Made by a program: the position numbers and the translations under genes. Shown piece after piece: positions 9,351 through 18,284 of a DNA stretch of 64,000 nucleotides (within the stretch, counting starts at the first letter, position 1; each line of letters begins with the position of its first letter). This DNA comes from an uncultured Bacteroidota bacterium (GTDB taxonomy: Bacteria; Bacteroidota; Bacteroidia; Chitinophagales; Chitinophagaceae): NCBI GenBank assembly GCA_903938445.1, contig CAJADG010000007.1:18405-82404 (forward strand), in the 5' to 3' direction. Below the pieces are notes generated by a model that was not told the origin of the DNA, ran no database searches, and saw only the letters and a list, made by a program, of their open reading frames with translations.

Positions 9351-11213
9351 TTAAATCCCTGTTTGGATGTCTTTCCCTTTTAAGGCTCCAGAAATTGCTT
9401 GATCCATGGCACGCTCCGCAAATGGACGGGTGACATCGTTTAATTCCTCTGTTTTAGCTTGAATCAAGTTCTTATCCTCCATGGTAATGGCTAATTGAAG
9501 CGCTTGCATCGCATTTGCTGAAGCGGTTAATTCTTCTTTAGTTAGTATAGAAGCGTTCTTAGTTAGAAATTTTTCAGTTACAGATAACATTTGTTCGGCC
9601 TCTGTCCTAGCCTCCACCAATGCTCTTGTAGCAATATCTTCCTTAGCATGGGTAATACTATCCATTAATCTTTGTTCCACTTCTTCGTCCGTTAAACCAT
9701 ATTGCGGTTTAATATCAATGCTTTGAGAAACGCCACTTCTTAATTCTTTTGCACTTACCTGCAATATTCCATCTGCATTAATTAAAAAGCTAACATCAAC
9801 CTTAGGTAAGCCTGCTGGCATTGCCGGAATACCAGTCAACGTAAATTCTCCAAGCTTACGATTATCTTTTACTAAGTCACGCTCTCCTTGGTATACGGCA
9901 ATTTGTATCCCAGATTGACCGTCTTTTTGAGTGGTATATTGTCTTCCTGCTTTAGTTGGAATTTTTGAATTTCTTGGCAATAGAACATCCATCAATCCAC
10001 CCATGGTCTCAATACCTAAACTTAAAGGAGTGATATCTAAAAGCAACATGGATTGATTATTGCCTGCTAAAATATCAGCTTGTACAGCCGCACCTAATGC
10101 AACTACTTCATCAGGATTTACGGAATCATTCACTTCCTGATTAAAGAAAGTGCCTACTGTTTTTTTAACCAATGGCACTCGAGTACTTCCACCTACCATT
10201 AATACTGTATTGATATCAGATACTTGCAAACCCGCGTCCTTCATAGCGTTCACGCAACAATCCATTGTCCTATTAATGATAGGTTGCACCAATTCTTCAA
10301 ACACTTGTTTTGTGATGGAAATTTTTTCACCAGCAAATTCGGTTTCAAAAATATCGTTGTTAGATAAATGGATTTTTGCTTTTTCTGCTGCTAATCTTAG
10401 TTGTTGTTTTAATTCCTTATGTTGTTCTAAATTATCTATAGACCATTGCTTCATCCAATATTCAATTATAGCTCTATCTAAATCATCTCCCCCTAAATAA
10501 GTGTCTCCATTGGTACTTAAAACTTCAAAAATTCCATTAGCTATTCTTAATATAGAAATATCAAATGTACCACCACCTAAATCGTACACTGCAATTGTTT
10601 TCTCCTCTGTTGGATTTAAACCCAATCCATATGCAAGGCTTGCTGCTGTTGGCTCATTGATAATTCTTAATACATCCAACCCTGCTAATTTACCGGCATC
10701 ACGTGTAGCTTGTCTTTGTGCATCATTGAAATAAGCAGGCACCGTAATGACTGCTTTTGTAACTGGTGTTTTTAAAATGTGCTCTGCACGCTTTTTTAAT
10801 TCTTCTAAAATAAAAGAGCTTAACTCAATGGGAGAATAAAATTTATTTCCCACTTGTACTTTCACTAAACTATCTGTGTTGTCATCAATTACTTTATACG
10901 CAAAAAAGTCCTGATGCGTTTGAATGTCTTTATAGCTTTTGCCCATTAAACGCTTGGCACTAAAAATTGTATTTGCAGGATCAGATTCTAAAAAAGGTTT
11001 AGCGCGCTCTCCCACTTCCACATTTCCGAATTCATCAAAATGCACCACACTTGGCACAATGCTACTACCATCAAACTCTTTTAGAGCAGTGGGTTGTTTT
11101 GTATCAGGATGAATAATAGCCACTAAACTATTCGTGGTTCCTAAATCAATCCCAACAATCATTTCAGCTTGTTGTAAACTACCCGTTGCAATATTAATAC
11201 CAATCTTAGCCAT
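9351..11213 (-). CDS. hscA: Hsp70-family chaperone, HscA-like
   Basis: GIDLGTTNSLVA, DLGGGTFD and VGGSTR motifs. The N-terminal extension before GIDLGTTNS and the ~620-aa length resemble E. coli HscA rather than DnaK. Confidence 0.72.
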   Translation of the reverse strand: MAKIGINIATGSLQQAEMIVGIDLGTTNSLVAIIHPDTKQPTALKEFDGSSIVPSVVHFDEFGNVEVGERAKPFLESDPANTIFSAKRLMGKSYKDIQTHQDFFAYKVIDDNTDSLVKVQVGNKFYSPIELSSFILEELKKRAEHILKTPVTKAVITVPAYFNDAQRQATRDAGKLAGLDVLRIINEPTAASLAYGLGLNPTEEKTIAVYDLGGGTFDISILRIANGIFEVLSTNGDTYLGGDDLDRAIIEYWMKQWSIDNLEQHKELKQQLRLAAEKAKIHLSNNDIFETEFAGEKISITKQVFEELVQPIINRTMDCCVNAMKDAGLQVSDINTVLMVGGSTRVPLVKKTVGTFFNQEVNDSVNPDEVVALGAAVQADILAGNNQSMLLLDITPLSLGIETMGGLMDVLLPRNSKIPTKAGRQYTTQKDGQSGIQIAVYQGERDLVKDNRKLGEFTLTGIPAMPAGLPKVDVSFLINADGILQVSAKELRSGVSQSIDIKPQYGLTDEEVEQRLMDSITHAKEDIATRALVEARTEAEQMLSVTEKFLTKNASILTKEELTASANAMQALQLAITMEDKNLIQAKTEELNDVTRPFAERAMDQAISGALKGKDIQTGI

Positions 11214-11226
11214 TCAAAAAATTTTA

Positions 11227-11234
11227 CAAATGTA
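11227..11234 (-). promoter_or_regulatory. candidate -7 box TACATTTG for the hscA-like gene
   Basis: Exact TAnnTTTG match 13 nt upstream of the ATG at 11213. Confidence 0.4.
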
Positions 11235-11275
11235 CATGCACCCCATTCATTAGAGGTTGCGAATTAAGGAATGAT

Positions 11276-11671
11276 TTATTTACGCGTTGAAACTAAAATA
11301 GTTTTAGAAAAAGAATCGTGCAAGGGTTGGTCATTCCATGCCATTCCAAACATTGTAATAAGTGAAGTACGTAGCGTGGCACGGATAAACACTTGAAAAA
11401 TATTAGGACGTTTCCCATTGGTTGAAATCACCTTAGTTTTCGTAAGCATTTTGGCGATAGTTTGACAAAATAACAACTCCAATAAAAAAGTATAAGCCCA
11501 TGTGATGGCGAAAAAGAAATAGCCAAATCTAAAAGGTTTAAAATGCCAATACATTACATAAAAGTTATACCACTCATAGATAATATAGCTGAATATGAAG
11601 ATGAAAATAGTGTCTAGAAAAAAGTGCATTATTCTAGTTCCTTCGCCAATTGTGGGAGTTGTTGGGTTCAT
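11276..11671 (-). CDS. RDD-family membrane protein
   Basis: Three hydrophobic segments plus the R...D...HD pattern (RIMHFFLDT ... PLHDSFSKT). Start set at M16, because a -7 box lies 4 nt upstream of it and the longer ORF would abut tyrS. Confidence 0.6.
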   Translation of the reverse strand: MNPTTPTIGEGTRIMHFFLDTIFIFIFSYIIYEWYNFYVMYWHFKPFRFGYFFFAITWAYTFLLELLFCQTIAKMLTKTKVISTNGKRPNIFQVFIRATLRTSLITMFGMAWNDQPLHDSFSKTILVSTRK

Positions 11672-11675
11672 GATG

Positions 11676-11683
11676 CAAAAATA
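11676..11683 (-). promoter_or_regulatory. candidate -7 box TATTTTTG, 4 nt from the RDD-gene ATG (leaderless)
   Basis: Plus caaaaata is minus TATTTTTG. Confidence 0.4.
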
Positions 11684-11698
11684 TTGCTTTTTAGTAGT

Positions 11699-11706
11699 TA
11701 AATTTG
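11699..11706 (+). promoter_or_regulatory. candidate -7 box TAAATTTG for tyrS
   Basis: Exact TAnnTTTG match 16 nt upstream of the tyrS ATG. Confidence 0.45.
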
Positions 11707-11722
11707 CCGAAATCATTACAAT

Positions 11723-13006
11723 ATGACATTAGTACAAGAACTACGCTGGAGAGGTATGATTCAAGATATTATGCCAGGCACTGAGGAATTGTTTGAAAAA
11801 GAGATGGTCTCTGGATATATTGGCTTTGACCCTACTTCGGATAGTTTGCATATTGGAAGCTTAGTCCCAATTTTATTATTGGTTCATTTGCAAAAAACTG
11901 GACACAAACCATTTGCATTGGTGGGTGGCGCAACAGGTATGGTGGGAGATCCTAGTGGTAAAAGTGAAGAAAGAAATTTATTAAGCGAAGAAACTTTAGC
12001 ATATAATATTGCTGGTGTAAAAAAACAATTATCTCATTTTTTAGATTTTAATAGTGGCGCAAAAAACGCTGCAGAGTTAGTCAATAATTACGATTGGTTT
12101 AAAGATTTCAGTTTTTTACATTTTATTAGAGATGTAGGTAAACATATTACAGTAAACTACATGATGGCGAAGGATAGTGTGAAAAAAAGAATTGAAGGCG
12201 ATACAGGCATGAGCTTTACTGAATTTACTTATCAATTGGTTCAGGGTTATGATTTTTACTGGTTACACCAAAATAAAAATTGTAAACTACAAATGGGCGG
12301 TAGTGATCAATGGGGAAATATTACCACTGGAACTGAATTAATTCGTCGCAAAACCGGTGGTGAAGCATTTGCATTTACTTGTCCATTAATTACAAAAGCA
12401 GATGGTGGTAAATTTGGCAAAACAGAGAAAGGAAATGTGTGGTTAGACGCTAAGAAAACATCTCCTTATCAATTTTATCAATTCTGGTTAAACGCAAGTG
12501 ATGAAGATGCAACCAAGTGGATTAAAATATTTACTTTATTAGCCCCTAGCGATATTGATGCATTAATTGCAGAACATGCAACTGCTCCACAATTAAGAAT
12601 TTTACAAAAAGCATTGGCTGCGGAGTTAACCAAATTTGTACATAGTGAGGAAGATTTAAATTTTGCAATTCGTGCCACTGAAATATTGTTTGGCAACGCA
12701 ACTACCGAAGTGTTACAATCTTTAAATGAAGCGCAATTATTACAAGTAATGGAGGGAGTACCAACTGTGAACATAACGCTGACTCAATTAGAAGAAGGTT
12801 ATGATTTAGTAAGCTTATTATCAGATACGCAAATATTCCCAAGCAAAGGAGAAGCGCGTAAAATGTGGCAGGCTGGTGGATTAAGTATCAACAAAGAAAA
12901 AATCAATACCGAATTTACAGCCGTTACTAAAGCACAGTTATTGCAAGGAAAATATATGTTGATTCAAAAAGGTAAAAAGAATTATTATTTAGTAGTTGCT
13001 AGTTAA
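11723..13006 (+). CDS. tyrS: tyrosine--tRNA ligase
   Basis: GFDPT.DSLHIG (HIGH) and KFGKT (KMSKS-type) motifs, with an S4-like C-terminus. Confidence 0.96.
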   Translation: MTLVQELRWRGMIQDIMPGTEELFEKEMVSGYIGFDPTSDSLHIGSLVPILLLVHLQKTGHKPFALVGGATGMVGDPSGKSEERNLLSEETLAYNIAGVKKQLSHFLDFNSGAKNAAELVNNYDWFKDFSFLHFIRDVGKHITVNYMMAKDSVKKRIEGDTGMSFTEFTYQLVQGYDFYWLHQNKNCKLQMGGSDQWGNITTGTELIRRKTGGEAFAFTCPLITKADGGKFGKTEKGNVWLDAKKTSPYQFYQFWLNASDEDATKWIKIFTLLAPSDIDALIAEHATAPQLRILQKALAAELTKFVHSEEDLNFAIRATEILFGNATTEVLQSLNEAQLLQVMEGVPTVNITLTQLEEGYDLVSLLSDTQIFPSKGEARKMWQAGGLSINKEKINTEFTAVTKAQLLQGKYMLIQKGKKNYYLVVAS

Positions 13007-13030
13007 TATTTATAATAACATCTAATAATA

Positions 13031-13062
13031 AAAAAGCCTCCAAATATATTGGGGGCTTTTTT
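13031..13062. terminator. bidirectional hairpin between tyrS and the SGNH hydrolase gene
   Basis: Sequence reads aaaaagcctcc-aaatatatt-gggggctttttt. Confidence 0.6.
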
Positions 13063-13084
13063 AATGAATTATTTATTTTTTAAA

Positions 13085-13765
13085 TTACTTGATCGCATTC
13101 CACATTTGCTCTGCAACAAAAGCATTTCCTTTTGCATTTAAATGCACTCTATCTGTTGTTAAAATTCCTTTTTCATCATTTGTTGGGTTATTAGCAACAC
13201 TGTATTCGTGAAAACTTTTTCTTAAATCTACTAACCCTAATTGATTATCTGCAGCATACTTTCTAATCCAGTTGCTATACATGTTTAAATCACCATCCTG
13301 AGAATTAGAAAAATCGTTACGCTCCCCAATTGCTGCTGGTGTTACTACCACCACTTTTGCACCTTTAGCCATAATTTTCTTAACTACTGCATCATAAAAT
13401 TTTCCAAATTTATCATAGTCAGTCCCAGTACCAAAATCAGCTTTATGCCATACATCATTTACACCCACCCAAATTACCACTAAGTCAGGATTTTCTTCTA
13501 ACACATCTTTATCCATACGTAAATACAAATCATAAATTTTATTTCCACCAATACCTGCACCTACGATATCATACTTATCAGCTAGCCCTTTTTTGATGAT
13601 ATCCTGTTTTATTAGATCAATATAACCACCTTTATCTACCCCCATTTGCGTAATAGAATCTCCAAAAAAGACAACCTTTTTCTTTTTATCTCCTGTAAAA
13701 GAAAGCAAGAAAAGACAGCCGACAAAAGTGGCTAGTAATAAGAATTTACCCATCATAATTGGCAT
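13085..13765 (-). CDS. secreted SGNH/GDSL hydrolase
   Basis: N-terminal signal peptide. FFGDSIT (block I), GIGGN, VGVNDV and the DRVHLN catalytic block are present. Confidence 0.82.
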   Translation of the reverse strand: MPIMMGKFLLLATFVGCLFLLSFTGDKKKKVVFFGDSITQMGVDKGGYIDLIKQDIIKKGLADKYDIVGAGIGGNKIYDLYLRMDKDVLEENPDLVVIWVGVNDVWHKADFGTGTDYDKFGKFYDAVVKKIMAKGAKVVVVTPAAIGERNDFSNSQDGDLNMYSNWIRKYAADNQLGLVDLRKSFHEYSVANNPTNDEKGILTTDRVHLNAKGNAFVAEQMWNAIK

Positions 13766-13839
13766 CGTTTAAGTTTTGAAATATAAATCGCAATATAAGT
13801 TAGCACAAAATGATAATAATGACCTAAAAAGAGATAAAA

Positions 13840-13872
13840 ATTTGGAAAATTTTGTGCTGACCCCTATTTTTG
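13840..13872 (+). promoter_or_regulatory. candidate promoter of tRNA-Gln
   Basis: TTTG (13840-13843), N21, then TATTTTTG (13865-13872). The tRNA starts 29 nt downstream. Confidence 0.5.
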
Positions 13873-13900
13873 CACTCCATTCAAAGAATGGCATAGGGAT

Positions 13901-13974
13901 TGCCTGATTGTGTAACGGTAGCACGACTGTTTTTGGTGCAGTTTGTCTTGGTTCGAATCCAGGTCAGGCAACCA
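13901..13974 (+). tRNA. tRNA-Gln (anticodon TTG), CCA encoded
   Basis: Hand fold: acceptor TGCCTGA/TCAGGCA, anticodon arm ACTGT-TTTTGGT-GCAGT, T-loop TTCGAAT, 3' ACCA. Confidence 0.9.
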
Positions 13975-13980
13975 AAGGAA

Positions 13981-14008
13981 AAGCCTCAACGAAAGTTGGG
14001 GCTTTTTT
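13981..14008 (+). terminator. intrinsic terminator after tRNA-Gln
   Basis: aagcctcaac-gaaa-gttggggctt (10 bp, GAAA loop) followed by a T-run. Confidence 0.7.
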
Positions 14009-14019
14009 CATGCCCAAAA

Positions 14020-14175
14020 TGATCCGAAGGAGCCGAGCGAAGCGAGCACAATACGAAGGAAGGGCAAATGCGAGCTTGCTCGTAATTTGACATGACTGAG
14101 TATTGTGGAAATTGTGAAACAATTTGCGACTGAGGAGACATTTCAGTTAGTGCTTAGGGAAATAAACAACCATCC
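14020..14175. repeat. degenerate GC-rich palindromic repeat remnants
   Basis: ggagccgagcgaagcgagcac and gcgagcttgctcg resemble the core of the tandem unit downstream. Positions 14125-14175 loosely resemble 40223-40270. Confidence 0.3.
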
Positions 14176-14189
14176 CATTTTCGATGAGG

Positions 14190-14369
14190 CTTTTCTATGC
14201 TGGGATTTTCCTATTTAAAAGGAAGGCCGAGTTTCGCGAGGCCAATCCTTTTCTATGCTGGGATTTTCCAATTAAAAGGAAGGCCGAGTTTCGCGAGGCC
14301 AATCCTTTTCTATGCTGGGATTTAACTATTTAAAAGGAAGGCCGAGCTTCGCGAGGCCAATCCTTTTCT
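14190..14369. repeat. tandem repeat, ~58-bp unit x 3.1 copies, each unit carrying a hairpin
   Basis: Copies lie at 14190-14247, 14248-14304 and 14305-14362, plus a partial cttttct. The unit is cttttctatgctgggattttcctatttaaaaggaaggccgagtttcgcgaggccaatc, with a few substitutions or an indel between copies. Confidence 0.9.
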
Positions 14370-14390
14370 TTATAATTTGTATTTTTACTC

Positions 14391-15431
14391 ATGCCCCGTA
14401 TCCATAAACTAGACGGTCTCCGAGGACTCTTCGCTTTATTAGTAGTGCTATACCACTTAAACATCAACAATGCTCCTGCCGCACTTGTAAACAATTTCTT
14501 TATAAGAGAATCCTACATTTTTGTAGACTTCTTTTTTATTCTCAGTGGCTATGTAATCACTTTAACTTACAACGAAAAAATACAATCAGGAAGCAGCTTA
14601 ATACAATTCTTGAAAAAACGTTTTCTACGTTTATATCCTTTGCTTTTATTTTCCACATGTATGTACTGGTATTTTGTACACCCATTTTTAGATCAACAAA
14701 ATATAACCTTGGCACTTGACACTTTGTTGCTCACCAACTCCACTCCAATTTTAGGAACGGAGATTGGAATGAATTATCCTTCCTGGTCTATCTCAAGTGA
14801 AATGATATCTTATATTGTATTTGGAATTTGCTCCGTAATTGGCATTAGAAATAATAAGACGATTTTAATTACCATTATTACGTTTAGTTGTTTTGTATTT
14901 TTAGCTTACCAACAAAAATATTTTGTAACAGGTTCCTTTGGATTTGTAAGAGGTCTCGCATGTTTTAATTTAGGATATTTAATTTTTAAACTTGCACAAA
15001 AAAATATAAAGCTCCCCAACTATTTTGAATGGTTCATTTGCCTAATAGTAATAGTGCTTATGTATTTGCTATATCATAACAGTTCAAAAAATATCACAGT
15101 AATCTTGAGTATTCAATTTCTTGTTCCAATCACTTTTGCAATCGCTATTTTTATATTAACTAAAACCAACGGAACAATTAGTCATATATTATCGACAAGT
15201 CCGCTTCAGTTTTTAGGAAAAATATCTTATTCTGTTTATTTGAATCAAGCTTTTATTATAGGTTTTGGAATTCCTAAATTGTACAAATGGATACATTTAG
15301 ACTATGGTGTTTTGCAGCAAACCACTTGTGTTGTATTACTTGTTTTAATATTAATCATTTATTCTTGGGCCACTCAATATGTAATTGAATCAAAGCTGGG
15401 GAAGAAGCTCCATACAATGATTCAAAACTAA
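14391..15431 (+). CDS. acyltransferase family 3 (OafA-like) integral membrane protein
   Basis: The start LDGLRGLFALLVVLYHL is typical of acyltransferase_3. The protein is polytopic and hydrophobic throughout. Confidence 0.8.
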   Translation: MPRIHKLDGLRGLFALLVVLYHLNINNAPAALVNNFFIRESYIFVDFFFILSGYVITLTYNEKIQSGSSLIQFLKKRFLRLYPLLLFSTCMYWYFVHPFLDQQNITLALDTLLLTNSTPILGTEIGMNYPSWSISSEMISYIVFGICSVIGIRNNKTILITIITFSCFVFLAYQQKYFVTGSFGFVRGLACFNLGYLIFKLAQKNIKLPNYFEWFICLIVIVLMYLLYHNSSKNITVILSIQFLVPITFAIAIFILTKTNGTISHILSTSPLQFLGKISYSVYLNQAFIIGFGIPKLYKWIHLDYGVLQQTTCVVLLVLILIIYSWATQYVIESKLGKKLHTMIQN

Positions 15432-15877
15432 TGCTCACTTCTATCTAAAGGCACCACTAAAACGGGCACTTTCGCATGTCGGATAATATATTCGGCAGTA
15501 CTACCTAGGACTGTATGAGAAAGTCCAGTTCGACCATGTGTGCCCACCACAATATAAGTTGCATTTAATTGATGGGCTTTTTCTAAAATATCAAATTTTG
15601 GATTACCCACTTCAACCGATAAATCAATTTCTATATCAGCATTTTTTGCTTGAATCTTTTTTAACTCATTCAAGGCATGTGTTTTTTGTGTATTATATAT
15701 TTCATCCCATTGATTGGGGATGAGTGCCATTTCAGATTGCAAATAATCAATATAAACAGGAATAATGGTACTTATAACTACAGAGCCGTCCATTTTTTTT
15801 GCAAACTCAATACCTTTATGAATAATGGCAGCCGATTGTTCACTTAAATCCACTGCAATAAATACTTTGTTTTTCAT
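15428..15877 (-). CDS. universal stress protein (UspA family)
   Basis: 149 aa with the G.HGR.G....LGS....I motif (VGTHGRTGLSHTVLGSTAEYIIRHAKVPVLVV). Confidence 0.85.
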   Translation of the reverse strand: MKNKVFIAVDLSEQSAAIIHKGIEFAKKMDGSVVISTIIPVYIDYLQSEMALIPNQWDEIYNTQKTHALNELKKIQAKNADIEIDLSVEVGNPKFDILEKAHQLNATYIVVGTHGRTGLSHTVLGSTAEYIIRHAKVPVLVVPLDRSEH

Positions 15878-15976
15878 GACTTAACTTTTCATAAAGTTCG
15901 CAGGAATCAATTACTTCGACAATGATAATGATTGGCAAAATACCCAGAAAAAAATGAGCTAAATCATTTTTGGAGA

Positions 15977-16387
15977 TTACTCCTTACTATCAACAATAGT
16001 ACCATAATCCACAAGCAATTCCTCACCAGCCTTAATATCTACAATCGCTTCAAAAAATTCACCATCATTGATAGAAACAACATTTGGAGTATCAGAGTGA
16101 TTTAAATAAATAACCAGATCCACTAACTTAAATCCGTAATCAGGTACATAGTAAAATTCTTCGTCAAACAAACAATGATTTTCTACTAAATCTTTTGAAT
16201 GTTTTGGTAACGATTCTACTTCACCAATGGTTAATTTAATCCATTCCCCAACACCTTGTGAAAATATATTGCTAGTTCCTTTAGGAATGTCTCTTATGGC
16301 AAATACCCCAATTCCATGCAAGGGTGATGGTTTAATCATCACATAAGTATCATTTTGCAGGTCTTTTAAAAGAGATTCTTTTGTCAT
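15977..16387 (-). CDS. SET-domain protein (putative lysine methyltransferase fold)
   Basis: HGIGVFAIRDIPKG, YLNHSDTPN and AGEELLVDYG match the SET GxG / NHS / ELxxDY blocks. Confidence 0.7.
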   Translation of the reverse strand: MTKESLLKDLQNDTYVMIKPSPLHGIGVFAIRDIPKGTSNIFSQGVGEWIKLTIGEVESLPKHSKDLVENHCLFDEEFYYVPDYGFKLVDLVIYLNHSDTPNVVSINDGEFFEAIVDIKAGEELLVDYGTIVDSKE

Positions 16388-17271
16388 TAAACGTTATTCA
16401 ATTGATGAATGCACTGCGCTAATGCTGACTCCCAACTTGGAATTTCAATTTCTAAATCTTTTTCAATTTTTTGTGTGTCCAAAACTGAATAAAATGGACG
16501 CTTTGCAGGTGTTGGAAATTTATCTGATGTGATAGCAGTTAATTCACATTCTAAATTAGCTAATGATTTTATTTTTTCTGCAAATCCAAACCAAGTAGTC
16601 TCTCCTGTATTTGCATAATGATAAATTCCTTTTATAGTTTTACCCGCATTAATTGCTTCTAAAATATTGATTGTTGCTAATGCTAAATCTTTTGCAAACG
16701 TGGGTCTCCCCTTTTGATCACCTACAATATTAAGTGCATCACGCTCCTTCATTAAGCGCATCATGGTTTTTACGAAATTATTTCCATGACTACTAAACAC
16801 CCAAGAGGTTCTAATAATGATAGTATCTGGATTTGCCTTTGCAGCTAATAACTCTCCATCTGCTTTTGTTTTACCATAAAAATTGATAGGTTCCAATGCA
16901 GTATCAGTTAAATAAGGACTCGTTGCATTACCGTTAAAAACATAATCAGTTGAATAAGTAATGAAAGGAATATTTTTTTGCTTTGCAATTTTTGCTAAAG
17001 TTGCTACTGCTTCTGCATTAATAGTATGTGCGACTGCTTTTTCTGTCTCCGCTTTGTCGACAGCGGTATAGGCCGCAGTGTTAATGATAGCATCTGGAGC
17101 AAATAAAGTAACAATGCCTTCTAATTCAGCTGGATTGGATAAATCCATTGCATTTCTATCTACAAATACAAACTCAAATTTGGGAAACAATTTAGAAGCT
17201 TGTGCCAACTCCCATCCTAATTGACCATTTGCACCTGTAACTAATACTTTATGAATTGCCACTTGATTCAT
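16387..17271 (-). CDS. rfbD: dTDP-4-dehydrorhamnose reductase
   Basis: VLVTGANGQLG Rossmann start, the YxxxK block (YGKTKADGE) and ~294 aa are typical of RmlD. Confidence 0.85.
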   Translation of the reverse strand: MNQVAIHKVLVTGANGQLGWELAQASKLFPKFEFVFVDRNAMDLSNPAELEGIVTLFAPDAIINTAAYTAVDKAETEKAVAHTINAEAVATLAKIAKQKNIPFITYSTDYVFNGNATSPYLTDTALEPINFYGKTKADGELLAAKANPDTIIIRTSWVFSSHGNNFVKTMMRLMKERDALNIVGDQKGRPTFAKDLALATINILEAINAGKTIKGIYHYANTGETTWFGFAEKIKSLANLECELTAITSDKFPTPAKRPFYSVLDTQKIEKDLEIEIPSWESALAQCIHQLNNV

Positions 17272-17294
17272 TTAAAAATGATGGATTGAATTAT

Positions 17295-18275
17295 TTATTT
17301 AGAAGAAAATTCTTTTGGAAGTTTTGTCCACTCGCTGGGTGGTAATGCTTTAAAGTAATCGTAGGTTCTTTTTAAACCTTCGGCACGATCTACTTTGGGC
17401 TCCCATCCTAATATGGTTTTTGCTTTTGTGATATCGGGCTGTCTTTGCTTTGGATCGTCCACTGGTAAATCCTTGTACACAATCTTTACTGTAGAACCCG
17501 TTAGCTTCAATACCTCTTCGGCAAAATCCTTTAAACTTATTTCATTCGGGTTGCCAATATTCACAGGACATGAATAGTCGCTTAATAATAATCTATAAAT
17601 ACCTTCCACTAAATCGTCCACATAGCAAAAGCTTCTTGTTTGTGAACCATCACCAAACACCGTCATATCCTCACCTCTTAATGCTTGTCCAATAAATGCA
17701 GGCAATGCTCTTCCATCATTTAGGCGCATTCTTGGACCATAAGTATTAAAGATTCTGATGATTCTTGTTTCAACATGATGGAAAGTATGGTAAGCCATCG
17801 TGATACTTTCCATATAACGCTTGGCTTCATCATACACCCCTCTTGGCCCCACCGGGTTTACATTACCCCAATACTCCTCGGTTTGAGGATGTACCAATGG
17901 ATCCCCATACACTTCACTCGTACTAGCCACTAAAATTCTTGCTCCTTTCGCTTTAGCCAATCCCAAACAATTATGCGTACCCATCGCTCCCACTTTTAAA
18001 GTTTGGATAGGGATTTTTAAATAATCTATTGGACTCGCTGGAGATGCAAAATGTAAAATATAATCAAGGCTTCCTTCTATCTCAATATACTTGGTTACAT
18101 CATGATGAATAAACTCAAAATGGGGGTTGCTTCTTAAGTGTGCAATGTTTTGCAATTCTCCCGTTATTAAATTATCCATCGCAATTACATAGTAACCTTC
18201 CTTAATAAAGCGATCACTTAAATGCGATCCTAAAAATCCGGCTGCTCCTGTAATTAATATTCTTTTTTGACTCAT
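17295..18275 (-). CDS. uxs: UDP-glucuronate decarboxylase (UDP-xylose synthase family SDR)
   Basis: [23 protein letters not shown] and YDEAKR are characteristic of UXS/ArnA-decarboxylase-type extended SDRs. Confidence 0.85.
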   Translation of the reverse strand: MSQKRILITGAAGFLGSHLSDRFIKEGYYVIAMDNLITGELQNIAHLRSNPHFEFIHHDVTKYIEIEGSLDYILHFASPASPIDYLKIPIQTLKVGAMGTHNCLGLAKAKGARILVASTSEVYGDPLVHPQTEEYWGNVNPVGPRGVYDEAKRYMESITMAYHTFHHVETRIIRIFNTYGPRMRLNDGRALPAFIGQALRGEDMTVFGDGSQTRSFCYVDDLVEGIYRLLLSDYSCPVNIGNPNEISLKDFAEEVLKLTGSTVKIVYKDLPVDDPKQRQPDITKAKTILGWEPKVDRAEGLKRTYDYFKALPPSEWTKLPKEFSSK

Positions 18276-18284
18276 GATTTGTTT

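Noticed and set aside
13908-14090. 60-aa plus-strand ORF
   Set aside because: It starts inside tRNA-Gln and reads through its terminator and the GC-rich repeat remnants, so it is spurious.
14190-14369. CRISPR array
   Set aside because: The units are directly contiguous with no unique spacers. The unit length of 58 bp is too long, and no cas genes are nearby. It is a plain tandem repeat.
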